Shown here piece by piece: positions 6,705 through 16,367 of a DNA stretch of 20,000 nt. Both the position numbers and the translations under genes were made by a program. The stretch lies in IMG/VR virus record IMGVR_UViG_3300020048_000097; one strand, given 5' to 3'. Each line of letters opens with the position of its first letter. The stretch's first letter is position 1. This DNA is from an uncultured virus (IMG/VR IMGVR_UViG_3300020048_000097). Taxonomy: Duplodnaviria > Heunggongvirae > Uroviricota > Caudoviricetes. A model generated the notes under the pieces. That model had not been told where the DNA came from, ran no database searches, and was given only the letters and a program-made list of their open reading frames with translations.

Positions 6705-6714
6705 TTAATATATA
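6705..6714 (+). promoter_or_regulatory. Candidate late promoter TTAATATATA for the tail-fibre operon
   Basis: Exact copy of the motif, 19 nt upstream of ATG 6734. Confidence 0.6.
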
Positions 6715-6733
6715 ATAAAAAATAATAAATTTT

Positions 6734-7732
6734 ATGCCAGGAACAGGTAGTTACGTGGGTACGAATGTAAATGCTAATTATATTTATCAAGTTGGTGATG
6801 CTTTATATGAATTAAAGGATAATACATCTAACTTAATAAAACCACAAGATATTAGAGACTCTATATGGACTTTATGGAATAGAATAGATGATACTCAGAT
6901 AATAGCAAGTCAATCTTTATCAGCATCATCAGGTACTACATATACAAATAGTAATACTACAACGATTACTGTTGGTGGTATTGCTATTGGTTCATCATTT
7001 TCTGCAACTTATTCAGTTCAACAGATGTTTGACTTGTTACTTTATCCTTATACGGCACCAACACTTGCTATGAGTGCAAATAATACACCTAGACAATTTG
7101 GTAGTTCAACGGCGGTTACATTAACTTGGTCTGTTGTTAAGACTAAAGAAGCAATAACCGCAATAACCGTTGATGGTTCTAGTATTGTTGCAAATGGTGG
7201 TAATCAAAATGCTACAAAATCAACTACTGCTACACATAGTTTAGTACCAACGGCGGTTCAAGAAATACAAACATATACTATGTCTGTTGTTGATTCTGCT
7301 TTAAAAACAACTACAAAAACCGCGACTGTTACTTGGCAAAATAAAATATATTGGGGTAATATTGATTTAAGTAGTTTGAGTAATCCTAACTTAACGACAT
7401 CACCATCTTCTGCATCTTCTGTTGGTTCTTATATAACACCTCTTATGATTAGAAGTCTTACAGGTGCTGGCGTTTCACCTGGATCTGTATTAGCGACTAG
7501 TTATTCTAAAACATATACAGGTATAAATGGAGCAAGTAAATATTTAATATTTGCTCATCCTACTATTTTTGGATCAGCACCAACATTTGTAGTTAATGGA
7601 TTGGCAAATAGTGCATTTACAAAAGTTTGGAGTTCAAATACATTTGTTAATGAAAGTGGATTTAGTTCAAATTATGATGTTTGGGTTAGTAATACGGCAT
7701 ATAATGGTGCTGCTAATATAATAATAAGTTAA
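6734..7732 (+). CDS. Virion structural protein (Ser/Thr-rich, beta-rich, Ig-like segment; tail-fibre associated)
   Basis: LKDNTSNLIKPQDIRDS N-terminal segment, QQMFDLLLYPYTAPTL followed by an Ig-like AVTLTWSV...YTMSVVD region, IYWG and YLIFAHP. First gene of the fibre cluster. Confidence 0.65.
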   Translation: MPGTGSYVGTNVNANYIYQVGDALYELKDNTSNLIKPQDIRDSIWTLWNRIDDTQIIASQSLSASSGTTYTNSNTTTITVGGIAIGSSFSATYSVQQMFDLLLYPYTAPTLAMSANNTPRQFGSSTAVTLTWSVVKTKEAITAITVDGSSIVANGGNQNATKSTTATHSLVPTAVQEIQTYTMSVVDSALKTTTKTATVTWQNKIYWGNIDLSSLSNPNLTTSPSSASSVGSYITPLMIRSLTGAGVSPGSVLATSYSKTYTGINGASKYLIFAHPTIFGSAPTFVVNGLANSAFTKVWSSNTFVNESGFSSNYDVWVSNTAYNGAANIIIS

Positions 7733-7750
7733 AAAATATAAATATAAAAT

Positions 7751-9052
7751 ATGCCAAATCTTAAACCTGGTATTGCTACCGCAAGTAATGGAAATAATAT
7801 AGGTACCCTTGTTGGTGCTGCGATAAGACCAATTAATCCTTTTGATCAAATTGCGTCTGCTTATTCTTTTGAGATAAACGGTGGTTTGCACTCTTATGAA
7901 ACTATTGTACAAAGAGATCAAATAATACAAGAGCGAAGAGATTGGGGAATGCTTGTTAATGTTTATAATAATGTTTCTGATACTACAAAGAATAATACAT
8001 ATCAATTAAAGTATGGTGTTAGTAGTACAACTATAACAGATAATTCTAACTGGGTTATATTTGCTGGTGGATCAGGTGCTGGTGGTGGTAGTTCATATTG
8101 GATTGATCCTGTTAAGTCTATATTGAGTTTACAACCAATTGGTCCTGTTGATGGTGATCGATATATATTAGGTCCTGCGCCAAGTGGTTCGATTTGGGGA
8201 ACTCTTAGTGAATCAACTATTGTTCAATGGAATTCTACGCTTAGTAAATGGGAAATTACTTTACCAAAGGAGAGTATGACTGTTAGGGTTAATAATCAAA
8301 ACAATGCAATATATATTTATGAAACAAGTTGGGTAAAGGAAAAACAAAATCAAGTAATTCCTTTAACGGCAACAAGTTCAAATGGTACTTCTTATTTTGG
8401 AACAGTTGATCGTCTATTTTCTTATGAGCCAGACACAATATTTGTTGTTCAATTTGCTACGGCGAACACTGGTTCGACATTCACATTAAATTTAAATGGT
8501 TTGGGTACAAAAACGGTTAAACAACAAATTAACTCAGGTATTTCTGATTTTGTAGCAAAGGAAATAAGCACAAGTGTTGTTTATAATTTACAATATGATG
8601 GTACTTATTTTAGATTAACTAAGCCTACTAGTGCTCCTACTTTGGTTAGATATAAAATTCAAAGTAATGAGACTGTTGTTGTTCCTGATTATCAAGAATA
8701 TTTATTATATGGTGATTTAGATATTGGGAATGATGGTAAAGTAGTTATTATAAATGGTGCTCTTAATATAAATGGTGGTACGGTTTCAAATTCTAATAAT
8801 GTACATTTGATTACTATTCCTCTTGGTCTTGGTCAAGGTTTTGTTAATAAGTACTCAGAGGTTGTATCACTTAGTGCTGGATCAGGATACACTATATATC
8901 ACAATTTAAATTCATTGGATATAAGTGTAACTTGTTGGGATGAGACTTCTCAAGAGTATATAGTATTATCCGTTGAGAGAGGTAGTACAAATGATATTAC
9001 GATTACTTCTACTTCCACTTTGAGTAGTGTTAGAATTGTTGTTACCGGATAA
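7751..9052 (+). CDS. Modular tail-fibre-associated protein with a DUF2793-like domain
   Basis: GDRYILGPAPSGSIWG...IVQWN...WEITLPKESMTVRV is DUF2793-like. ANTGSTFTLNLNGLGTKTV is a fibre motif, and the C-terminus has a YTIYHNLNSLDISV module. Confidence 0.7.
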   Translation: MPNLKPGIATASNGNNIGTLVGAAIRPINPFDQIASAYSFEINGGLHSYETIVQRDQIIQERRDWGMLVNVYNNVSDTTKNNTYQLKYGVSSTTITDNSNWVIFAGGSGAGGGSSYWIDPVKSILSLQPIGPVDGDRYILGPAPSGSIWGTLSESTIVQWNSTLSKWEITLPKESMTVRVNNQNNAIYIYETSWVKEKQNQVIPLTATSSNGTSYFGTVDRLFSYEPDTIFVVQFATANTGSTFTLNLNGLGTKTVKQQINSGISDFVAKEISTSVVYNLQYDGTYFRLTKPTSAPTLVRYKIQSNETVVVPDYQEYLLYGDLDIGNDGKVVIINGALNINGGTVSNSNNVHLITIPLGLGQGFVNKYSEVVSLSAGSGYTIYHNLNSLDISVTCWDETSQEYIVLSVERGSTNDITITSTSTLSSVRIVVTG

Positions 9053-9066
9053 AAAAAAATAAAAAT

Positions 9067-11112
9067 ATGTCAAAAATTTATAGCAATTTAGAATTAAATG
9101 GACAATTCGTTTACAACAATAATCCAATTAGTGGTTATGTGTTAACAACTGACGATAATGGTTTGGTTTCTTGGACCGCATCTAATAACACCATAGCAAA
9201 TGCTAGTTCAACAGATTTTGGTTTGGTTAAAATTGGATCTGGATTAACAGTTTCAAATGTTGGGGTTTTGAGTACATCTGGTACATCTGGTGGAGGTTCT
9301 ATATATGCTGCGGGTGTGGGATTGACTTTATCTGGTAATACATTTAGCATGGTTTCTGCCAATACTAAAAGAATATATGTATCTGTAAATGGTAGTGACT
9401 CTAACACAGGTTTGATTGAGGGTAGTCCATTTATGAATCTTAAAACTGCTCGTGATTTTGCATCTTCTGGTGATATGATTATTGTTTTACCTGGTACATT
9501 CACTTTTGATAATAGAGATAGTAATGGAAATTATTGGAATTCTAGATTAGATGATTTAAATATATGGAAAAATGGTGTTAATTATTACTTCAGTCCAGGA
9601 TGTAAAATTATATTTTATAATCAGTCTGTAACTGGTGGTCAAATGAATTTATTTAGACCTAGAGGTATAGTAAATGAAACGTGTAATGTATTTGGATACT
9701 TAGAAATGGAAGCATATAGCTACGGACCTGATACTTCAAATGGTGGTACCTACTTTTTCTACGGAATTACGGTCGATGCTGTGGATGTTGGATATACATG
9801 TTTCTTGCAAGTTAAGTCACTTTATAGTGAGTGTATGGAGATGATATATATTAGTAGAGGTACTACTATATCGGGAACTGCAAAAGTAACTATTGAAGCT
9901 GATTCAGCGATAAAGAATTTTGTAACTGGTCAAGGAGGTTCTTATGCATGTATAATTCTAAATGGTAAAGTTGGTGGATTACTTGAGTTTCATTCTAATA
10001 TTAGATATATGTCGTCGAATTTTGGTTCCGCTTGTCAATTTAGAGGTGACTTATCTAGTACACTAATTTACATTCGTGGTGAAGTGATAATATGTACGGA
10101 TTTAGTCGTTTTTCAAGTACGACCAGCTACCAATGCTGACCCAACCTTTTTAAGTGATAAAGGTGTAGTTAATCTAGACTTTAAAAAGATTTACTTTAAA
10201 GGTCCTGCAAGTAATACAGGTAGTGTAATTGATACACATGGATCTTACCCATTGAGTGTTGAAATTCTAATTAATCTTAAAGGTGATTGTATAGAATATG
10301 AAGCTACTGGTAATGCTAAGACCTTATTCTTCGTGTATAATCATACTGGCATGACTGCTAAGAAGGTGATTAACTACGAAGGTAATATATACACTATTAC
10401 AGCTTCAGGAGAAAATACTCAATCTTTGTATAGTCAAGGAAGACGTATCGTTTATAGTATGGGACCTAATACCTTCATAAATATCAAGGGTGATATCAAT
10501 TACAACGGACCTGTAATGACTTGGAGAGAGACTTTTAAAACTGGTGACGGTGGTACGATTAACTACTCTGGAAATATTAGAGGTAATTTTGGATGTCCGA
10601 TTACAAAATGTAATACTGGATTAATTAATATTTCTAATTCCACGATTATTTCTGAAATAGATAGTAATGTATCTTCTATTTTAAGTAATGGATTTTGCTA
10701 TATCAACTCTAATGGTGGATTAACGGGTAACTTTTCTACAGGTAAGGTAATTATTAATAATTCATATATAAAATTAAAGAATTCTTCAGGTTATATAGGT
10801 AATGGTGGATATTTAGATGCTATAATAACTAATTCAATTATTATTAATAGTGGTGCTACATCCGGATCGGGGATAATAAATCAAGTTCCATATTATTCTG
10901 ATACTGCTACTGTGTTTTCTCCTAGTGATTCAACTCCTAATGGAAAAATTCAAATGGTGAATTCGACTATATTAGTTGGTACATCAAGTAACTCATTTTA
11001 TTATATCGATACAACAGTAATCACATCAAATTCAACTACTAATGCAGGTTGGACGGTTAGTACTGGATTAAAAGGAAGTTTGGACTTATTATCAGATTTA
11101 AGTAATTTATAA
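9067..11112 (+). CDS. Tail fibre/tailspike with a predicted right-handed beta-helix (pectate-lyase-like) domain; candidate polysaccharide depolymerase or receptor-binding protein
   Basis: Fibre motifs GYVLTTDDNGLVSW, ASSTDFGLVKIGSGLTV and YAAGVGLTLSGNTFS precede a beta-helix cap IYVSVNGSDSNTG...SPFMNLKTARDFASSGDMIIVLPGTF. The remainder is N/G/I-rich (INISNSTII, IINNSYI, ITNSIII). Confidence 0.75.
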   Translation: MSKIYSNLELNGQFVYNNNPISGYVLTTDDNGLVSWTASNNTIANASSTDFGLVKIGSGLTVSNVGVLSTSGTSGGGSIYAAGVGLTLSGNTFSMVSANTKRIYVSVNGSDSNTGLIEGSPFMNLKTARDFASSGDMIIVLPGTFTFDNRDSNGNYWNSRLDDLNIWKNGVNYYFSPGCKIIFYNQSVTGGQMNLFRPRGIVNETCNVFGYLEMEAYSYGPDTSNGGTYFFYGITVDAVDVGYTCFLQVKSLYSECMEMIYISRGTTISGTAKVTIEADSAIKNFVTGQGGSYACIILNGKVGGLLEFHSNIRYMSSNFGSACQFRGDLSSTLIYIRGEVIICTDLVVFQVRPATNADPTFLSDKGVVNLDFKKIYFKGPASNTGSVIDTHGSYPLSVEILINLKGDCIEYEATGNAKTLFFVYNHTGMTAKKVINYEGNIYTITASGENTQSLYSQGRRIVYSMGPNTFINIKGDINYNGPVMTWRETFKTGDGGTINYSGNIRGNFGCPITKCNTGLINISNSTIISEIDSNVSSILSNGFCYINSNGGLTGNFSTGKVIINNSYIKLKNSSGYIGNGGYLDAIITNSIIINSGATSGSGIINQVPYYSDTATVFSPSDSTPNGKIQMVNSTILVGTSSNSFYYIDTTVITSNSTTNAGWTVSTGLKGSLDLLSDLSNL

Positions 11113-11126
11113 AAAAAAATATAAAA

Positions 11127-11387
11127 ATGGAAATAGAAAAAATTATAATAGTGGAATTTGATTCAATTTCAAATGCACTTGGTTATTTGGAGGATAGTGG
11201 TAATTATTTTTCATTTAAAGTTGGTGATTTAATTTACTCGGAATTAGGTGAGATTATATCAGAACCTTCTGAATTTGAAGTTATATTATTTGGACAAATT
11301 TGGCTAAATGATATATCTGATAATACAAATAGTGGTCAATTATATATTGATAATGGATTCTTAAAATATTACAAAGAAAATTACTAA
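11127..11387 (+). CDS. Small acidic protein, possibly a tail-fibre accessory or chaperone
   Basis: 86 aa, directly downstream of the tailspike gene with the same A-rich leader type. Function is inferred from position only. Confidence 0.6.
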   Translation: MEIEKIIIVEFDSISNALGYLEDSGNYFSFKVGDLIYSELGEIISEPSEFEVILFGQIWLNDISDNTNSGQLYIDNGFLKYYKENY

Positions 11388-11431
11388 ATGTGAGTAGTAA
11401 ACAATATATAGCAAGTTCAGTACTTAAAGGC

Positions 11432-11746
11432 TTAATTAAGCATCTTTTTTTGTTTTAGTATATAGTTTATATTAAATTTATTAAATTCATCTGTTCCTCC
11501 ATTTTTAATATATTCTTGGTATTGTGTTTGAAAATTAGATCTGAAATCTTGTATTAAGTCCATAAATTCATCTTTGCTATAGAAATGACTATCATCTGCT
11601 AAAATAACAGAAGTGTCATTATAATTTATAGTATTAGGTATTGAACTATCTGGTGATCCTGGTCCAAATGATTTACCTATACCATATTCTGCTCCTGATA
11701 TTGCTTCTTCTTTTATGAAGTCTTCAAATTTTTTAATCATTCTCAT
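11432..11746 (-). CDS. Small putative virion internal protein with a capsid-targeting-like N-terminus
   Basis: N-terminus M(RM)IKKFEDFIKEEA. Overlaps the upstream gene by 14 nt; alternative start at 11740. Confidence 0.7.
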   Translation of the reverse strand: MRMIKKFEDFIKEEAISGAEYGIGKSFGPGSPDSSIPNTINYNDTSVILADDSHFYSKDEFMDLIQDFRSNFQTQYQEYIKNGGTDEFNKFNINYILKQKKMLN

Positions 11747-12194
11747 TGTTTGCTTCTATTTTTTCAAAATACTCATCCTGTGATTCTAGTGAGTATTCAT
11801 CTTTTTTCGTATTGTATATTATGTTATATAAAAATCTATCTTCTAATGTATGTTTTTCATTACCTCTCATATATATTATACAATTATCTTCGTCGAAATC
11901 ATTTTCTATACTTATTATTACTAAACCAAATTTACCATTATTATCTTCTAGATTACAAATTATTCTTTTATTATTTTCTAACAGATCTTTAACTTTTGCG
12001 AATGTGGCATTTTTAGAAAGAAGCATAAAATCCTTCATTTCATCCTCTCTGGTTGATTGATATAGGTCAAGAAAATTCCTTTCCCTTTCAGAGAGTTTCT
12101 TCTTCTTTCCGATCTTGTCTAATATTCGATTTAACTCGATTTCTCTTAAAGATTCTCCTAGAAGATAATACTTTATTATCTTTTTAATTTTCAT
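11733..12194 (-). CDS. Hypothetical protein with an N-terminal DUF6576-like motif
   Basis: LREIELNRILDKIGKKKKLSERERNFLDLY. Start is probably ATG 12194, because ATG 12209 overlaps the promoter motif. Confidence 0.7.
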   Translation of the reverse strand: MKIKKIIKYYLLGESLREIELNRILDKIGKKKKLSERERNFLDLYQSTREDEMKDFMLLSKNATFAKVKDLLENNKRIICNLEDNNGKFGLVIISIENDFDEDNCIIYMRGNEKHTLEDRFLYNIIYNTKKDEYSLESQDEYFEKIEANNEND

Positions 12195-12208
12195 ATTTTC
12201 CGTTATCA

Positions 12209-12245
12209 TATATATTAATATGAGTATTTGTTTTTTTTATATATA
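12209..12245. promoter_or_regulatory. Back-to-back candidate late promoters
   Basis: TTAATATATA on the minus strand (12209-12218) and TTTATATATA on the plus strand (12236-12245); same layout as 2183-2225. Confidence 0.55.
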
Positions 12246-12268
12246 CTTAGTAAAAATTATATTAAATA

Positions 12269-15200
12269 ATGGATAAGAAGTTACTAAATGCACTTAACAA
12301 TTTATCGGAAGCACTTTTAGAAATAGGTGAAGCACTTAAAGATAAAGGTGGTAAAAAGTCTGCAACAACTGAAGCCTTACAAGGTGGTAATTTTAGTCAA
12401 GAATTGAAACAAATCANNNNNNNNNNAATTTATCGGATGCGCTTGTTGAAATAGGTGAGGCTCTAAAAGATAATAAAAAAGCAAAAAAGTCTGCTACGAC
12501 TGCTGCTTTACAAGGTGGTGATTTCTCTAAAGAGTTGAAACAAATTAATTTAGGAATTCAATCTATTAAAAAAGATACACAAGAAATACTTAAACAACAA
12601 AAGACTATTTTATCAATGTCTAAGAGTAAAGAAAATGATAAAAAAACAGGTCTTTTTGAAAAAGCAGGTGGTGATAAAAAAAGTGAAAGTAATCTTAAAA
12701 AAGGAGTTGGTTCTATATTATTGATCGCACTTGCTGTTTTGGCTATTGGTTTAGCATTCAAAATTGTTGGTAAAATTGATTTCTTATCAGTTATAGGACT
12801 TAGTATTGCATTATTATTAATTGCCACTGCTTTTCAGAAGATTGGTATACTAATGATGTTTATGAAATTAAAGGATGCGTTTCATGTTGCTATTGTTATG
12901 GTTCTTTTATCAGCTGCGATGGTTGCATCATCTTGGATATTATCAAAAACTAAACCTATTGGTATAGCTCAGTTGATAACATCTATTTTAATAGGTGGTA
13001 TGTTTGCTATATTGAGTACTAAATTAATTCCTTTATTCGCAGCGGTTGTTATATTCAAAGCAACTAGGGTTAAAGCAACCGATTTGTTAAAAACGATGGT
13101 TGCGATATCAGCAGGTATTGCTGCGTCATCTTGGGTTCTTGGTTTGATTAGACCTATTAGTTTTGTTCAAGCACTCACCGGAATATTAATAGCAGGTATG
13201 TTTGCGGTGGTCTCTTATCACTTTGAGCGATTGGCAATTGGTGTGGTTTTAATGAAGTTTTATAAGATTAGTAAAGTAGATCTTATATTGACTCTTACTG
13301 CAATAGCAGCCGCGATAACCGCATCATCTTGGGTATTAGCACTTATTAATCCATTGAGTTTAGGACAAGCGATAACTGGTATATTAATTGCTGCAATGTT
13401 TGCGGTTGTTTCATTTAATTTACATAAAATAGCATTTGGTGTTGTCGCATTCAAAAGAACGAAGGTTAGTGCAAAGGATTTATTATTGGTGTTGGTTGGT
13501 ATTGCGGCTGCAATAACTGTGTCATCTTGGGTATTGTCGCTGATAGTACCGCTTGATTTTAAAACTTTCCTAACTGCTTTGGGTATTGCTCTTTTATTTG
13601 CTTTAATGTCATATGTTATGCCGGAAATGGCTGCTGGTATAGTGGTTATGAATAAAATGATTGGTGCTAAAAAAATGTTAGCGGTGGTTCCTTTGATTTT
13701 CGTTGCTATATCATTGGCGATAATGTTATCATCTCATATATTGTCTATGTCTAAGGCTATGGACTTCGGTTTTTTACTTAAACTTGCGGTTTTTGGTGTT
13801 ATACTTGGTTTAGTTGCTTTTGCAATGATGCCTGCTATTCTCTTAGTTGGTATAGCGGCCGCTTCTGGTGTTGGTGGACTGGCAATTTTATTGGGAGTTG
13901 CTTTGATACCAGTTATTGCACTTGCAATAATGTTATCATCTCATATTTTATCTGAGGGTAAATATAAAACCTATCCTGGAATTAAATGGGCTCTTGGAGT
14001 TGGTGCTAGTTTATTAGGCTTTAGTGCCGCTATGATTGTACTGGGCTCTATTGCAATTTCTGGTATTGGTGCTCTTGCTCTTGTTGCTGGTGCTGTTATG
14101 GTATTAATTGTTGCTCAAACAATTGTTGAGACATCTAAAATAATTGGTAAAGGTAAATATGATAAATATCCAGGTGCTGGTTGGATATTAAGTGTTGGTA
14201 TAACTATGACTGGTTTTGCCGTAGCTGTTATTGCATTAGGTGTTCTTGCATTAACTGGTCTAGGTTTGATTGCTGTGTTAGCAGGTACTAAACTTGTACC
14301 TATGATCGCTCAGACAATCGTTGATACTGATAAAATAATTAGTAAGGGTAAATATGATAAATATCCGGGTGCTAAATGGATATTAAGTGTTGGTACAACT
14401 ATGACTGGCTTTGGAGCAGCTGTTGTGGCTTTGGGTGTTTTGGCTATTAGTGGATTAGGTTTAGGTGCATTGGCAATTTTGACAGGTACTAAAATGGTTC
14501 CAATGATCGCAAAGACTATTGTTGAAACTGATAAAATAATTGCTAAGGGTAAATATGATAAATATCCAGGTCTTAAATGGATATTAAGTGTTGGATCAAC
14601 AATGACTGGTTTTGGTCTTGCGGTTGTTACATTAGGTAGTATAGCACTTACTGGTTTAGGATTAGGTGCATTGGCAATTTATGCTGGTACTAAAGTGGTT
14701 CCAATGATTGCGCAAACAATTGTTGATACTGATAGGGTAATTGCAAAAGGTAAGTATAATAAATATCCTGGATTGGAGTGGGCTCTTAGTGTTGGTAGTT
14801 TAATGACGGTTTTTGGTCTTGCTGTTGTTACGTTAGGATCATTTGTTGTTGGATCTTTGGGATTGGGTGGAATTGCTATATATGCTGGTGCTAAAGCGGT
14901 TAAAATGATTGCTCAATCTATTGTTGATGCTGCTTGGATATTTGGTGGAGCATCTGCTGCCTTTATTGGTGGTCCAAGTAAAGACTGGGCAGAAGGTGTT
15001 AGTCTTGCAATTGGTGCATTTGCACCTGTTTATAAGATGATGTTCAAAGGAGGAATTTCTGCATTATTTGCTGGTAGTGGTCCATCACCTTGGGCATTTA
15101 CGGCTGCAATTAAAACTATATCACAGGGTATCGTAGATGCTGCTTGGTTCTTCCAAGGTGGAAGTGTTGCATTTGAAGGTGGTCCTAAGAAAGAATGGGC

Positions 15201-16338
15201 TGAGGGTGTTGGTAAGGCAATTGGTGCATTTGCTCCTGTTTATAAATTATTAGCAGATGAGTCCGGGTTCTTTGGAACAGGTGTAGGTATTGAGGATTTC
15301 AAAAGTGCTATTATAACAATATCTCATGGTATCGTAGCATCTGCTGGAATATTTGCTAATAGTAAAGTTGGTTTTGATGATGGTACTTATCCTGATGTAA
15401 AATGGAGTAAGGGTGTTGGTGCTGCGTTAGGTGCATTTGCTCCTATATTTAAAGGTTTATCAGGTGCTGGTTGGTTTGAAAGTGGTCAAGATGTTGTAAA
15501 TGATATGATCTATGGTATTAAGATGATTTCATATGCTATTGTAAAAGTTGGTAAGATATTCGCTTGGTCTAAATTAAAATGGGATGCTAGTTCTGTTCCT
15601 GGAAAAGACTGGAGTTTTAAGATCAAAAATGTGATTCAATCATATATAGGCTTAAGTAATTATGTTATTGATAGTGGATATGAACCCTCTTTTATAGTTG
15701 GTGATATTCTTTCGCAGACCGCAAGAGGTGTAGTTAATTTTGCAAAAGAATTACAGAAGGGTGAAAAGGCATTTCAGGTTAATATCGATCCTGATTATAT
15801 GAAAAAGATGGCTAATAATATTTTCTACTATATGGCAATCTCTGATAAATTAAGAAAGAATACGTCAATGAAAACCCTTCTTAAAAATGCAGCATTTGGT
15901 GATCCTATTTCTAATATTGCATCGAGTATGACTAAATTAGCAATAGCTTATGATAAAATGGGTAACTCGTTAATGAAGTTTGGTAGAGCTGTTAATCAAT
16001 TAGATGAGAAGAAGGTTAAAATATTCAAAGGACTTAGTAATAATATGATAAGCAGAGGTGAGAAAGGTCTAGGCGAAAGTGTTAGTGGTGCAATTGGTGG
16101 TGTTGTTTCGGGTGTAGGTGGTTTGGTTAGTGGTGCACTTGGTGGTCTTACTTCGCTTGTTACTCCTAAGTCTGATAAGAAAACTTCTAAAAAAGATAGA
16201 GAACACGTAGGTAAATATGGTAATATGAATCAACAAATGGATAAATTAATTGAGACTGTTATGGTTCTTACTTCTAATACTAAATCACTTGAGAAGTTTA
16301 TACAAGAAAAATTGGGTGATAATACTTCAAAATATTAA
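12269..16338 (+). CDS. Tape-measure-like protein built from 65-70 aa hydrophobic repeats, interrupted by a scaffold gap
   Basis: True start is ATG 12269. After the gap the frame is open from 12427 and in frame with the 12535-16338 ORF. Ala/Gly/Leu/Ile-rich with regularly spaced Trp, and coiled-coil-like termini. Confidence 0.7.
12299..12547 (+). repeat. Diverged direct repeat of about 120 bp flanking the gap
   Basis: 12299-12416 encodes NLSEALLEIGEALKD-KGGKKSATTEALQGGNFSQELKQI and 12427-12546 encodes NLSDALVEIGEALKDNKKAKKSATTAALQGGDFSKELKQI; 32 of 40 aligned positions are identical. Confidence 0.9.
12417..12426. other. Assembly/scaffold gap (10 N)
   Basis: Run of n characters in the sequence. 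Confidence 1.
12925..15450 (+). repeat. Intragenic tandem protein repeats in three sub-families
   Basis: SSW anchor (tcttgg) at 12931, 13129, 13327, 13525 (198 nt period). GKY anchor at 13957, 14152, 14347, 14548, 14749 (195/201 nt). GAFAP anchor at 15013, 15223, 15430 (210/207 nt). Confidence 0.9.
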
Positions 16339-16362
16339 ACAAAAATATTTTTATTCATATAA
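16337..16362 (+). promoter_or_regulatory. Candidate phage promoter, AAAC-N17-TATAA class
   Basis: AAACAAAAATATTTTTTATTCATATAA-like element ending 5 nt before ATG 16368. Confidence 0.35.
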
Positions 16363-16367
16363 TTAGT

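Noticed and set aside
11388..11441. Terminator or small RNA between convergent genes (palindrome gcttaattaagc; AATATATA at 11403)
   Set aside because: No loop-containing GC stem in the intergenic part, the palindrome spans a stop codon, and no plus-strand gene follows the motif.
12269..12454. Separate 61 aa gene or programmed frameshift upstream of the tape-measure gene
   Set aside because: The frame change coincides with the arbitrary 10-N gap, so it is an assembly effect.
12299..12547. Diversity-generating retroelement TR/VR pair
   Set aside because: Differences include non-adenine changes (gcc/gct, agt/tct, tta/gtt) and an indel, are largely synonymous, and there is no reverse transcriptase in the window.
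12535..16338. Membrane transporter (MFS, ABC permease or similar)
   Set aside because: No transporter signature motifs. The regular Trp-anchored repeats, coiled-coil ends, late-type promoter and phage structural context fit a tape-measure-like protein better.
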